Source: Candidatus Latescibacterota bacterium
GTDB taxonomy: Bacteria; Latescibacterota; UBA2968; UBA8231
NCBI GenBank assembly: GCA_965248355.1
Contig: OZ252098.1
Coordinates: 2,976,001 to 3,040,000 of the forward strand
Direction of reading: 5' to 3'
Length of the DNA: 64,000 nt
The notes under the pieces are model-generated. The model had not been told where the DNA came from, searched no databases, and worked only from the letters and a program-made list of their open reading frames with translations. Each line of letters opens with the position of its first letter. Position 1 is the first letter of the stretch. A program made the translations under genes and the position numbers. Positions 39,314-48,613 of the stretch are shown here, piece by piece.

Positions 39314-39400
39314 GCGGGCTCCGGGATGACTCGGCGGCGGGGGTGAAGGGTCTCCAGATGCTATTGCCACGGTGGAACCGCCGCCACAGCTTGAAGCCCC

Positions 39401-40864
39401 ATGTCGACGACGTTCGTGCCCACGCCCACGTCGGTGCTGCGCATCGGTCACGCCCATGGCGACATGACGCCGCCGGTGGGCATCTACCACCGCATGTGGG
39501 GCGCCGCCCGCCACGACCGGGCCACCGGCGTGCACCGGCCCCTGCAGGCGGACGTGCTGGTCCTGGAGCCCGTGGGACGCCCGGAGGAGCGAATCCTGCG
39601 CGTGCAGCTCGACCTCGTGCTGCTCACCGACGAACAGACCGACGAGGTGGTGGCGGACCTGGTGAGAGCCGGCGTCGACCGGGACCGCGTCCTCGTAACC
39701 TTCTCCCACTCCCATGCCGCCGGCTTCTTCCTGCCCGACCGCATCCCCCTGCCCGGAGGCGAGCACATCGAGCCCTACCTGGCCGGGCTCAAGGGAACCC
39801 TCGGCTCCCTCGCGCGGGAAGCCCTGGAGAATCTGGAGGAGTCCGTGGTCAGCTACGCCGCGGGCCGCTGCAGCATGGCCGCCAACCGCGACTATCATGA
39901 CGAGGAGCGCGGCCTCCGGGTCACCGGCTTCAACCCCGGCGAGGCCGCCGAAGACCTGGTGCTCGCGGCCCGGGTCACCGCCGCCGACGGCACCCCCCGC
40001 CTGCACCTCGTCCACTACGCCTGCCACCCCACGACTCTATCCTGGGACAACAGCCTCCTGAGCCCCGACTTCGTCGGCGCCGCCCGCCAGGTGGTCAGCG
40101 ACCACACGGGCACACCCTGCGTCTACCTGCAGGGCCCCTGCGGCGAGCTGGGGCCCCGCGACGGCTTCACCGGCGACACCGAGGTGGCCGACCGCAACGG
40201 CCGCCAACTGGGCTTCGCCGCCCTGTCGGCCCTCGCCGGCCTGGGTCCGCCCGGCCACGACTTCGCCTACCAGGGGCCGGTGCTCTCCGGCGCCACCATC
40301 GGCACCTGGGCGTGGATGCCCATGGACGGTCCCCGCGCCGGGGCGGTGCGCCGCTGGTCCGGAGGCCGCTTCGAGATCGACCTGCCCCTCAAGCCGCTGC
40401 CCGACGCAGATCAGCTGCGGGAGGACCTCGACCGCCACACGCGCGAACAGGCCCGAGCCGACTCCGCCGGCGATGCCCTGGCCGCGCGCGACGCCGGTGC
40501 CCGCGCCGAACGCTGCCGCCGATGGCTGCGGCGCCTCGCCGAGCTGCCGCCCGGCGACCGCTGTCCCTACCGGTTCTCGGTCCACGAGATAGGCGACGCC
40601 ATCTGGATCACCTGTGCCGCCGAGCCCTACAGCCTGCTGGCCGGCGAGCTGCGGCGGCGCTTCCCGGACCGGACCGTGCTCGTCATACCCATGGCCGGGG
40701 ACCCACAGCTGGCCTACCTGCTGCCGCGGGACCGCTACGGCCTGGGGCTCTACCAGGAGGAGCCCTCGTGCCTGGCGCCCGGCTGCCTGGAGGCGGTCCT
40801 GGAGGCGATGACCGAGGCCGTGGAAGAGCTCACCGGCGCGGGGGCGGCCCGGCAGGGCGGATAG
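39401..40864 (+). CDS. Neutral/alkaline ceramidase-like hydrolase
   Basis: DMTPPVG, TFSHSHA, HYACHPT, LSPDFVG and YLQGPCGE motifs. Confidence 0.75.
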   Translation: MSTTFVPTPTSVLRIGHAHGDMTPPVGIYHRMWGAARHDRATGVHRPLQADVLVLEPVGRPEERILRVQLDLVLLTDEQTDEVVADLVRAGVDRDRVLVTFSHSHAAGFFLPDRIPLPGGEHIEPYLAGLKGTLGSLAREALENLEESVVSYAAGRCSMAANRDYHDEERGLRVTGFNPGEAAEDLVLAARVTAADGTPRLHLVHYACHPTTLSWDNSLLSPDFVGAARQVVSDHTGTPCVYLQGPCGELGPRDGFTGDTEVADRNGRQLGFAALSALAGLGPPGHDFAYQGPVLSGATIGTWAWMPMDGPRAGAVRRWSGGRFEIDLPLKPLPDADQLREDLDRHTREQARADSAGDALAARDAGARAERCRRWLRRLAELPPGDRCPYRFSVHEIGDAIWITCAAEPYSLLAGELRRRFPDRTVLVIPMAGDPQLAYLLPRDRYGLGLYQEEPSCLAPGCLEAVLEAMTEAVEELTGAGAARQGG

Positions 40865-40986
40865 GGCCGGCCGCGTTCCGGACCCTTGCCCGCCGGGGCG
40901 CGGCCGGGCCACCAGCTCCCGGTCCTCCCGACAATAGAGCCCGTCCGGCGGGCCGTCGCCGGCGCACCACAAGGAGGAGGAGGCCT

Positions 40987-42129
40987 GTGAACCTCGAGGA
41001 GATCCGCGCCCACTACCCCGGCCTGGGCCGGGGGATCCAGCTCAACACCGGCGGCGTCGGGCTGCCGTCCAAGGAGGTGCACGCGGCGGTCCAGGCCGGA
41101 TTCGACCAGCTCTACGAGGAGCACGTCCCCCCCATCGAGTGGTATACCCTGACCCGCCAGGCGGCCGACGCGGCGCGGGCCAGGCTGGCCGCCTTCCTCG
41201 GAGCGCAGGAGAGCGAGATCACCCTCACCGTGAGCACGGCGGACGGCCTCGCCGCCGTCATCGGCGGCATGTCCTGGGAGCCGGGCGACGAGGTGCTGAT
41301 CACCAGCGAGGAGCACCCCGTGCCGCACCAGGCCGTGCTCGGACTCCAGGAGCGGTACGGCGTCGTCTTCAAGGCCGTGGAGATCGACCCCGACCCCGCC
41401 GTCGTCCTGGAGCGCACCCGGCAGGCCCTGACCCCGCGCACCCGCCTGATCTGCATGAGCCACGTCACCACCGACACCGGCCTGGTGGTGCCGGCGCCGG
41501 AGATCAGCCGGCTGGCCCGGGAGCGGGGCGTCCCCACCCTGTGGGACGGCTGCCAGGCCGTGGCCCAGATCCCCGTGAACCTGCGCGAGATGGGCTGCGA
41601 CTACTACGCCTCGAACTGCTACAAGTGGATGCTCGGCCCCGTGGGGACCGGCTTCCTCTACGTCAGCGAGGAGGCGCAGCAGAGCTTGAAGCCCCTCCTC
41701 CGTCCCCACGATCCCGAGGCCGGCGCCGCCCAGTACGGCCTGAGTACCCCCGCCTACGCCCTCTACGCCGGCGTGGCGGCAACCATCGACTACATGGAGA
41801 GCATCGGCGGCGTGGAGGCGATCCAGCGGGAGTCCGCCCGCAAGGCGGAGGCCCTGAAGGCGAGCCTCGACGCCGTCCCCGGCGTCCTCGTCCTCAGCTC
41901 ACGGCGCCCCGACTCCCAGACCGGCACCGTGACCTTCGCCATCGAAGGCGTAGACGGCGGCCAAGTGTCGACGGCGCTCAAGGACCGCTGGCAGATCGTG
42001 CAGCGGGCCACCTACCTGACCGACCCGAGCGGCGTCCGCATCTCGGTTGCGTTCTACATCAGCGAGGAGGAGCTGGAGGTCCTGGTGGAGGCGGTGAGGG
42101 TGCTGGCGGCGGAGGCGGGGTGGGGGTGA
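40987..42129 (+). CDS. Class-V PLP-dependent aminotransferase/cysteine desulfurase-like enzyme
   Basis: LNTGG, SEEH, SHVT, WDGCQA and NCYKWMLGP motifs; GTG after AGGAGG. Confidence 0.88.
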   Translation: MNLEEIRAHYPGLGRGIQLNTGGVGLPSKEVHAAVQAGFDQLYEEHVPPIEWYTLTRQAADAARARLAAFLGAQESEITLTVSTADGLAAVIGGMSWEPGDEVLITSEEHPVPHQAVLGLQERYGVVFKAVEIDPDPAVVLERTRQALTPRTRLICMSHVTTDTGLVVPAPEISRLARERGVPTLWDGCQAVAQIPVNLREMGCDYYASNCYKWMLGPVGTGFLYVSEEAQQSLKPLLRPHDPEAGAAQYGLSTPAYALYAGVAATIDYMESIGGVEAIQRESARKAEALKASLDAVPGVLVLSSRRPDSQTGTVTFAIEGVDGGQVSTALKDRWQIVQRATYLTDPSGVRISVAFYISEEELEVLVEAVRVLAAEAGWG

Positions 42130-42144
42130 GGGAGGAGGGGTGAG

Positions 42145-43227
42145 TCAGGCGCGGTGCGCGTCGATGCGATCGGCGATTTGCCGGAGACGTTTCACCACAG
42201 CATCGAGCACCGCGTCGTATTCGACCGCAGTCGGAAGGACGATGGGCACAAGGATCGCCTGATTCTCTTCCAGGCACTCGGGTGGGTCACTTCGCTTGAG
42301 AGGCTCGAGGGCCCTACGCGTTTCCGGCCACCGGGCCTTGTACTGCTCATCTGTCGATAGCCCGAAGGAAAGCCAGAGGGGGGTATCCGAATAACCCCCC
42401 CGGGCCCACCAATTGAGGCCGATGCCAAACCAGGCGATGGCGCCTCTCAACGAGAGAAACCGTCCGTATCCGCGCGGGCGCCCGTATCTCGCCGGATACG
42501 GGGTGACATTCAACCCCCTGATATCCGCGTATCCTTGTTCCACGGCCCGGGCCGTGGCGTCGCGGATGAGGCGCTCCAGGCTGAGCAGCCGGCGGGGGAT
42601 CTCCGGCGCCAGCTCTTCCGGCCGGAGCGGGGGAAACCCACTCTCCTCATCCACCCGATGCGTAAGCCCCCGCAACTGCTGTATCTCGTTCCTTGAGGCG
42701 GAATCGGCCGCACCTTCGAGGCGGTCGAGCAGATGCGCCCAACTGATCATCATCAGGTGCTTCCCCTCATCAGTCGCGGCGCTCTTGAAGGCAGCCTTGT
42801 CGAGGACGGAGAGCAGGCGGTCAGCGCCCGCCCGGCGACGCAGTTCCGGCCAGAGCGTCTCAAGCCTCGATTCGGGCGCGATGAACAGCAGGGCCTTGCC
42901 CGGGGCCAACCTGTCGAGGTAAGCCCTCGGCTGGTTGGCGGTGAGGCCGGCCCAGAACTTCGCCTCCATCAACGCGCACTCCGTGCCTTGTCCGTCAAGG
43001 GCGACGAGATCCGGCCGCGTCTCTCCCTCCCCGCTGACCTGGGTCTGGACCCTGGCAATCGTTCCGACATCCGCGCGCCCATCCTTCAGCACTTCCTCGA
43101 TGACCCCACAACCCTCCGCGGACCTCAGGATGAACCCCAAGGCTTCCACCGCGATGTCCTCGTGGCGGGAGGAGAGTTTCCAGGCGAGATGGGCGAGCAG
43201 GGTGTCGCCTTCAGTCTTGTCTTCCAT
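42145..43227 (-). CDS. PD-(D/E)XK nuclease-like protein
   Basis: N-terminal E (HEDIAVEAL), RPDL, MEAKFWA and NQPRAY restriction-endonuclease-like motif; lower GC; SD GAAGGAG. Confidence 0.7.
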   Translation of the reverse strand: MEDKTEGDTLLAHLAWKLSSRHEDIAVEALGFILRSAEGCGVIEEVLKDGRADVGTIARVQTQVSGEGETRPDLVALDGQGTECALMEAKFWAGLTANQPRAYLDRLAPGKALLFIAPESRLETLWPELRRRAGADRLLSVLDKAAFKSAATDEGKHLMMISWAHLLDRLEGAADSASRNEIQQLRGLTHRVDEESGFPPLRPEELAPEIPRRLLSLERLIRDATARAVEQGYADIRGLNVTPYPARYGRPRGYGRFLSLRGAIAWFGIGLNWWARGGYSDTPLWLSFGLSTDEQYKARWPETRRALEPLKRSDPPECLEENQAILVPIVLPTAVEYDAVLDAVVKRLRQIADRIDAHRA

Positions 43228-43326
43228 GGTTCTCCTTCACCCCAATGTCTGTGACGTACATGCTGATCCATTCTACTCGCACAGCAGATCTATCCTCTCA
43301 TCCCGATGCCTGCGCGTGCCAATTCC

Positions 43327-46140
43327 TCAGGATCGCCAGGTGCGCCGGATATCCCGGGCAACCTCCGCGACCTCCTGAGCCACCCGGGGCATGCGGCCGA
43401 GTTCCTGTTCCAGTGCCGTGGTGAGAGGCAGCAGCAGCTTCGCCGATGGAGATGCCTGGATAAACTCGATCATGGGCTCCGGGCCGAGCTCGATGCTGAC
43501 TTGCATCAGTTCGTGGAAGCTTTCTGCTGGCAGAGGATCGCACTGGGGGAGGATCTGGAGGATCGTTTTGATTTCCCTCTGGCAGCAGGTCGGGTGACCG
43601 CTGCGCAGGCTGGCTTTGGCCCGTACCAGGTGACCACGCCACCGGTTCTCCTGCGATTGCGGGTTGCTCTCGTCCAGTACCCGGCCAGCGGTACATGCGG
43701 CTGCTTCGTAACGCCGGCACTCCAGCTCCAGTTCCGCTTTCTCGAGGAGGGCGTCCTCTACCCGTGCACGGAGTATGGGGGAATCATCTACCCCGAACCG
43801 CCGCACCACCTCCTCCAGTACAGCCAGGCCTTCCTCCGCCCGGTTCTGTTCCCCAAGTGTCATCCCCTTGTAGGTCAAGGCTATAGCCTGCGCTTCAAGA
43901 AGGGCCGATATCTCGCTTTCCCCGAATCGCTGGATTACCTCCTCATAGGCGGCCAGTTCTTCCTCTGGTCTGTCCAGCTCGCCGAGCGCGGCACCCTTGT
44001 TGACAAGGGCATTGGCAACCATCTCCAGAAGATCAGCTGTTTCGCTCTCCTCGAATCGGCGCACCACCTCCTCGTAGACGGCCAGCGATTCCTGGGTCCG
44101 GCCCAGCTCGCCGAGGGCGACCCCCTTGCGGAGGAGGGCCCTGGCGAGCAACGCCAGATGCACCTCCGTATCGCTCTCTCCGAGTCGGCGTCCCACCTCG
44201 TCATAGGCGGCCAGTGCCTCCTCCCGTCGGTTCAGGGCGGCTAGAGCGATGCCCTTGCAGAAGAGGGCTGCGGCGACCGGTTCAACAACCTCTGGTGACG
44301 GGCACTCGCCGAATCGATGCACGACCTCCTGGTAGGCGGCCAGTTCTTCATCCCTTCGATTCAAGCGGCCGAGTGTGCCTCCCTTGTTGAGAAGGGCCTT
44401 GGCGACCGTTTCGAGAGGGGCTGAAGTCTCACCCTCCGTGAATCGACCCACCACCTCATCGAAGACAGCCAGCGATTCCTCTGCTCGGTTCAGCTCTCCG
44501 AGTGTGACCCCCTTGTTGAGAAGGGCGTTGGCGGCGATCTCGACATGAACATCCGTATCCTCCTCGTCGAATCGTCGTCCCGCCTCCTCATAGGCGGCCA
44601 GTGTTTCCTCATAGCCCGCAAGTGCTTCCTCCGGTCGGTTCAGCTCTCCGAGGGCCTCCGCTTTGCAGAGGAGGGCTAGGACGACCAGTTGGAAGACCTC
44701 GGGTGACCGGCTCTCCCCGAACCGCCGCACCACCTCGTCCCAGGTGGCCAGCGCCTCCTCCGGGTCTTGCTCCTGCAACTCGACCGCTCTGTGCAAGAGC
44801 GCCTTAGCAGCCGCCAGCCCTTCGGGTTCCTCCTCGGGGAGGAGCGCAAGCAACTCTTCTCGATCCCCGGCCAGCACCGGCAGCTGCACCAGCTGTTGAA
44901 CCGCCGTTCGGTGGAGAGATCGCATCTCCCCGTCCAGGGAGCGTGCCTCCCGGGCCATTCTTTTGCTGATGTCCCTCAACTCAGACCGAGAGTAGAACGA
45001 CTCCATGAATCGGATGAGGGCATGGATCAACGAGTCCGGACCGCCGTTGCGGCGCAACAGGTAGTAGATGTTGTACAGGCGCTCGCTCAGGTAGTACTCC
45101 TTGCGGCGGGCGTTTCCGCCCGTCACCTGGACGACGCCTCGTTCGATGAGACGGGTGAGCTGGGCGCTGCACTTGCTCGTGTCGACGCGGGAGCGCTCCG
45201 CGATCTCCCTCGTGGTCGCCGGCTTCCACAGGTCGGCCAGCGCCAGGTAGACCCGCCGCTCCTGGGCGGGGAGGGACTCTATGTGACTCTTGAAGTACTC
45301 CGTGTGCTCGTCGACGAGGTCGAGGAGGTCGTCCATCAGCTCGCGGAAAGAGAGTTCCGCGCCGAAGCGGGCTACGATGGCCACGAGGCGGGGGCTGCCG
45401 CCCGTGAGGATCTCCAGGGGCCGGATCGTCTGGCGCGGGGGGCGCTGGCCGGAGATCGTTTCCCACAGCGCGGCGCACTCATCGGTGTCGAGGGGTTTCA
45501 GCGTCCGTACCCGGAACAGGTCGTACAGGGCGTGGTCGGGGTTGTCGATCTCGGCGAAGCGGCTGGTGGCGCTGGCGAGCAGGATGATGCGCGGCTCGGT
45601 CTGGAGGATCTTGCGCAGCCGCCAGCCGGCGTCGCGGTCCGCCATGTCCCGGAACATCATGTTCAGGTTCTCGACCACCAGCACGAGTCGCTTGCCCTCG
45701 CGGTCGGAGAAGTCGAGGAGGGCACCGAGGCAACGGTCGCCGAGGGTCTGGTCGTCCTGAATGGTGCGCAGGTCCCGGTAGGTGCGATGCAGGTCCGGAG
45801 CGTCGTCCCGGGACGGCGCCTGGTCCGCCAGGCGGGAGAGGGCCTCCAGCCAGAACTCCCCGACGCTGGAGACTTCGTAGCTCTCCTCGGCGAAGACGAT
45901 GGGAAAGAAGCCGTGCGACAACTCCGGGTCCCGGCGGACCTCGGCCGCCACGCGCAGGAGCAGGCTGGTCTTGCCGCTGCCGCGGGGGCCGATCACGATC
46001 TGATGCGGATTCGAGGGGCCGCTGCATTCGCGCAGCAGTTCGACCATGGAGTCGTACTCGGCCGTGCGCACGCAGAACGAGGTAGTCAGTTCCTCGTCGG
46101 TGAGGAACCCCGGGTTGTACTTCCTGACGGCCATGGTCAT
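43327..46140 (-). CDS. STAND-like P-loop ATPase with winged HTH and 43-aa TPR-like repeats
   Basis: Walker A IGPRGSGKTS; atypical Walker B LVLVVENLN; GGSPR; HTH TTREIAERSRVDTSKCSAQLTRLIERG; eight TPR-like repeats. ATGA overlap with the upstream ATPase (alternative ATG at 46134). Confidence 0.85.
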   Translation of the reverse strand: MTMAVRKYNPGFLTDEELTTSFCVRTAEYDSMVELLRECSGPSNPHQIVIGPRGSGKTSLLLRVAAEVRRDPELSHGFFPIVFAEESYEVSSVGEFWLEALSRLADQAPSRDDAPDLHRTYRDLRTIQDDQTLGDRCLGALLDFSDREGKRLVLVVENLNMMFRDMADRDAGWRLRKILQTEPRIILLASATSRFAEIDNPDHALYDLFRVRTLKPLDTDECAALWETISGQRPPRQTIRPLEILTGGSPRLVAIVARFGAELSFRELMDDLLDLVDEHTEYFKSHIESLPAQERRVYLALADLWKPATTREIAERSRVDTSKCSAQLTRLIERGVVQVTGGNARRKEYYLSERLYNIYYLLRRNGGPDSLIHALIRFMESFYSRSELRDISKRMAREARSLDGEMRSLHRTAVQQLVQLPVLAGDREELLALLPEEEPEGLAAAKALLHRAVELQEQDPEEALATWDEVVRRFGESRSPEVFQLVVLALLCKAEALGELNRPEEALAGYEETLAAYEEAGRRFDEEDTDVHVEIAANALLNKGVTLGELNRAEESLAVFDEVVGRFTEGETSAPLETVAKALLNKGGTLGRLNRRDEELAAYQEVVHRFGECPSPEVVEPVAAALFCKGIALAALNRREEALAAYDEVGRRLGESDTEVHLALLARALLRKGVALGELGRTQESLAVYEEVVRRFEESETADLLEMVANALVNKGAALGELDRPEEELAAYEEVIQRFGESEISALLEAQAIALTYKGMTLGEQNRAEEGLAVLEEVVRRFGVDDSPILRARVEDALLEKAELELECRRYEAAACTAGRVLDESNPQSQENRWRGHLVRAKASLRSGHPTCCQREIKTILQILPQCDPLPAESFHELMQVSIELGPEPMIEFIQASPSAKLLLPLTTALEQELGRMPRVAQEVAEVARDIRRTWRS
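43709..44760 (-). repeat. Eight 43-aa (129-bp) TPR-like repeats with higher-order triplet structure
   Basis: Consensus EEALAAYEEVVRRFGES.......VA.ALLNKG..LGELNR; unit 2 carries a 7-aa internal duplication. Confidence 0.85.
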
Positions 46141-47399
46141 CGCCCTTCGATGGGGACGAAGTGCCCGCCGTGCCGGGCGCGCCACCAGTCCTCGAGCAAG
46201 CCGGAAACGAACCGGTAGCCGTCTCCGTGCCGCTCCAGGTACCCGTCGTGTTCGAGCACGCGGAGCACATCCTCGACCGGGACCGTATCCGCGTTAGCCT
46301 CGGCCTCGTTCCGGGACCCACCTTGGAGATACTCGCGGTAGCGGCCAATCGTATCGCCGCTCAGCGAGCCGTCACCGACGGCAGCCTCAGTCAGAATCTC
46401 CAGCGCGGTCCGGTAGCCCTCCCTCCCCAGAACCATCCTCAGCCGGCCTTCGTAATGCTCCAGGTCCATCTGTCCGCGGACGCCGAGCATCTCGTTGGTG
46501 TACACGCGCTCCACGTCTTCCATCGTGGCTTCACGCCGGCCGGCGCGGCGCAGGTCCTCGTGGAGGTTGTCGAAGAACTGCTGTACGTGGTGGGGGATCT
46601 GGCACCGCAGCCGGCGGCACATCTCCCGGCGGACGGCGAGGGGAAGGTCGAGGCGGTAGGTCTGCGCCAGCTTCGCGAGGCAGGCGGCCGCCGTCTGGTC
46701 GTCCCAGGGCTCCAGGTTGAAGGGGGAGTAGATGTTCGCGTGAGCGCTGAGGCCGGCCTGTGCCAGGATCGGCTCCAGGCTGACGCTGCCGGCGAGGATC
46801 AGGATGACCCGGCCCCGATGGGTCTGGCCGTTCTTGCGGAGCCAGCCCATGAACTCGTCCACCGCCTGCCGCCGCTCCGGGGTGATGTGGTGTTCAGGTC
46901 CCTTGAGCAGCCGGTTGACGAGGATCGGCAACTCGTCGATGGCCAGCACCACCGGCCGGTCGCTCTCGGCCAGGGCGGCGAAGACCTCGTCCCCCTTCTG
47001 CCGCCAGTTCCCGGTGTCGATCCCCGCCCGAAGCTTGACCTGGACCTCGGCGATGGTCACCAAATCGACTCGATCGCCGGCCTCTCTCAGGGCGTTGGCG
47101 AATCCCGACTTGATGCGCGGCCACGCGCCCTGCACCGACCTCGACCGGGCCCCGATCTCGGCGACGGCGTCCGCCGGGGCGGCGGCGTCCTCCAGGTCGA
47201 CGAAGACCGTCTCGAAGCGGCCCTCTTCGTCCAGGCGGCGCAGCAGCTCCCGGACCAGGCTCGTCTTGCCTATCCGCCGCTGCGCGGTCAGGAGTGTGTG
47301 AGTGCCGTCCCGAACCCGTTCGGCGAGCGCCTCGAGCTCAACCTCCCGGTCGAAGAACCGGTCCCCGTCAACCCAGTTGGCCCCGGCTTTCCTGAGCAT
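46137..47399 (-). CDS. STAND-like/archaeal-ATPase-type P-loop ATPase with C-terminal winged helix
   Basis: FFDREVEL, Walker A TAQRRIGKTS, Walker B VLAIDELP, LAGSV and C-terminal LEHDGYL...YRFVSGLLEDWW; SD GAGGAGG. Confidence 0.85.
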   Translation of the reverse strand: MLRKAGANWVDGDRFFDREVELEALAERVRDGTHTLLTAQRRIGKTSLVRELLRRLDEEGRFETVFVDLEDAAAPADAVAEIGARSRSVQGAWPRIKSGFANALREAGDRVDLVTIAEVQVKLRAGIDTGNWRQKGDEVFAALAESDRPVVLAIDELPILVNRLLKGPEHHITPERRQAVDEFMGWLRKNGQTHRGRVILILAGSVSLEPILAQAGLSAHANIYSPFNLEPWDDQTAAACLAKLAQTYRLDLPLAVRREMCRRLRCQIPHHVQQFFDNLHEDLRRAGRREATMEDVERVYTNEMLGVRGQMDLEHYEGRLRMVLGREGYRTALEILTEAAVGDGSLSGDTIGRYREYLQGGSRNEAEANADTVPVEDVLRVLEHDGYLERHGDGYRFVSGLLEDWWRARHGGHFVPIEGR

Positions 47400-47409
47400 G
47401 GCCGTCCTC

Positions 47410-47478
47410 CTCTCCAACGAATTCGTTGGCAACAATCGTGTTGGCAACGAATCTGTTGGCAACGCCGGGGCATGTCAA
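47410..47478 (-). promoter_or_regulatory. Promoter with three 15-bp-period GTTGCCAAC operators
   Basis: Minus strand TTGACA (47473-78)-N17-CAGATT. Plus-strand GTTGGCAAC at 47425, 47440 and 47455, plus the perfect palindrome CCAACGAATTCGTTGG at 47414-29. Confidence 0.8.
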
Positions 47479-47600
47479 GAGGTTTTTCGCCGCGCCTTGG
47501 ATTCGCAGCAGTTGCCCCGAATCGGCCCAAGGCGCCGGCCATGGATCAGATCCCAGTCCTGGGAATGTTCGGCCGGATACCTTCGCTCAACGGGGCAAGT

Positions 47601-47816
47601 TCACCGGGACTCGGCCCGCTGCCTGCAGAGCGTGCGCCGCCGGATTTCAAGGTCGGCGCGATCGAGGGCCGGATCGTGGGGGGGCATCTCCGGGTGCAGG
47701 GGGTAGCTCGACCGGAAGACCTCGAGGGTATCGGGCCGGGAGGCGTCAGCAGCGAGGGAGTCCTTGTTCGCCGCCCAGATATCCCGGCATGTCTCGAATA
47801 TCGTTGCGACCGTCAT
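47601..47816 (-). pseudogene. Short gene relic, possibly a deleted DUF499-type ATPase
   Basis: Coupled to vapC (ATGA). TIFETCR and FRSSYPLHPE resemble distant parts of DUF499 proteins, from recall only. Confidence 0.3.
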
Positions 47817-48268
47817 TGGTTCCGTGGCCGGGCGGTCCAGGGGTCAACGGTCTCGACGCCGGTGTTGCGGAACTCGCCCGTGTTCCGCGTGACGATGCCG
47901 AGCCCGCGCGTTGCAGCCGCTGCCGCGAGGAAGGCGTCCGGCATGTGATCGTCCAGCGCCTCGCCGCGCCTGCGCTTGTCCTCCATGATCCGTGCGCATG
48001 CCTGTGCATCGGCGAGGGCCCAGTGGACGATCCGGTCCTCGAACAACTCGTCGAGAAGATCGCGAAACCGTTCCGAGAGGCCGCGTCGGCGCCGGCCGGG
48101 AGCCAGACGACCGATGCCGTCAAGCACCTCCCAGACGGTGATGGACGCGAGGCCAATGCCTTCGGGCTCGATCGCATCGAGAAAGGCGGCGACCTGCGGT
48201 TCGGGCCGCGGGCGCATCATCTCGGAGACGACGTTGGTGTCTATCAGCCACGCGAGCGGGGAGGTCAT
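47813..48268 (-). CDS. vapC: PIN-domain VapC/FitB-like toxin
   Basis: LIDTNVVSE, ITVWE, PDAFLAAAA and VTRNTGEF...VDPW motifs. Confidence 0.92.
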   Translation of the reverse strand: MTSPLAWLIDTNVVSEMMRPRPEPQVAAFLDAIEPEGIGLASITVWEVLDGIGRLAPGRRRRGLSERFRDLLDELFEDRIVHWALADAQACARIMEDKRRRGEALDDHMPDAFLAAAAATRGLGIVTRNTGEFRNTGVETVDPWTARPRNQ

Positions 48269-48522
48269 CCCTCCTCTCCACCGGAGAACGACAGCGGCCT
48301 GTAGCCGTAACGAATCGGGGGCGGAAGTTCGATGCCGTGATCCTCCCCGAAATGCCGGGCGAAGGCCTCGGACGGCTTCGGCCGGCGCTCGGTCTTTGTG
48401 CGCTTCTCGTGGATCAGCCTGCGGACCAGTTCTTCCATCGACACTCCGGTCTGCCGGGCTTCGCGCCGGAGCCAGGACTTGTCTCCGGGGTCGATATCGC
48501 GAACGGTGATGCTGGTGCCCAT
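48265..48522 (-). CDS. FitA-like ribbon-helix-helix antitoxin
   Basis: SITVRDID...LRREARQTGVSMEELVRRLI; SD AGGAGG; ATGA overlap with the toxin. Confidence 0.88.
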   Translation of the reverse strand: MGTSITVRDIDPGDKSWLRREARQTGVSMEELVRRLIHEKRTKTERRPKPSEAFARHFGEDHGIELPPPIRYGYRPLSFSGGEEG

Positions 48523-48613
48523 GCCGGCGCCTCCTGTTCGGTCGGGAGCCCTTCCAGATGTCCCATCCAACAATCAAATTATGCTATCACGGCGCGGTCC
48601 ACCACTGTTCCGG

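Noticed and set aside
47410..47463. Regularly spaced repeats as a mini-CRISPR
   Set aside because: 9-bp repeats with 6-bp spacers are far too short and there are no cas genes; the position over a promoter fits an operator.
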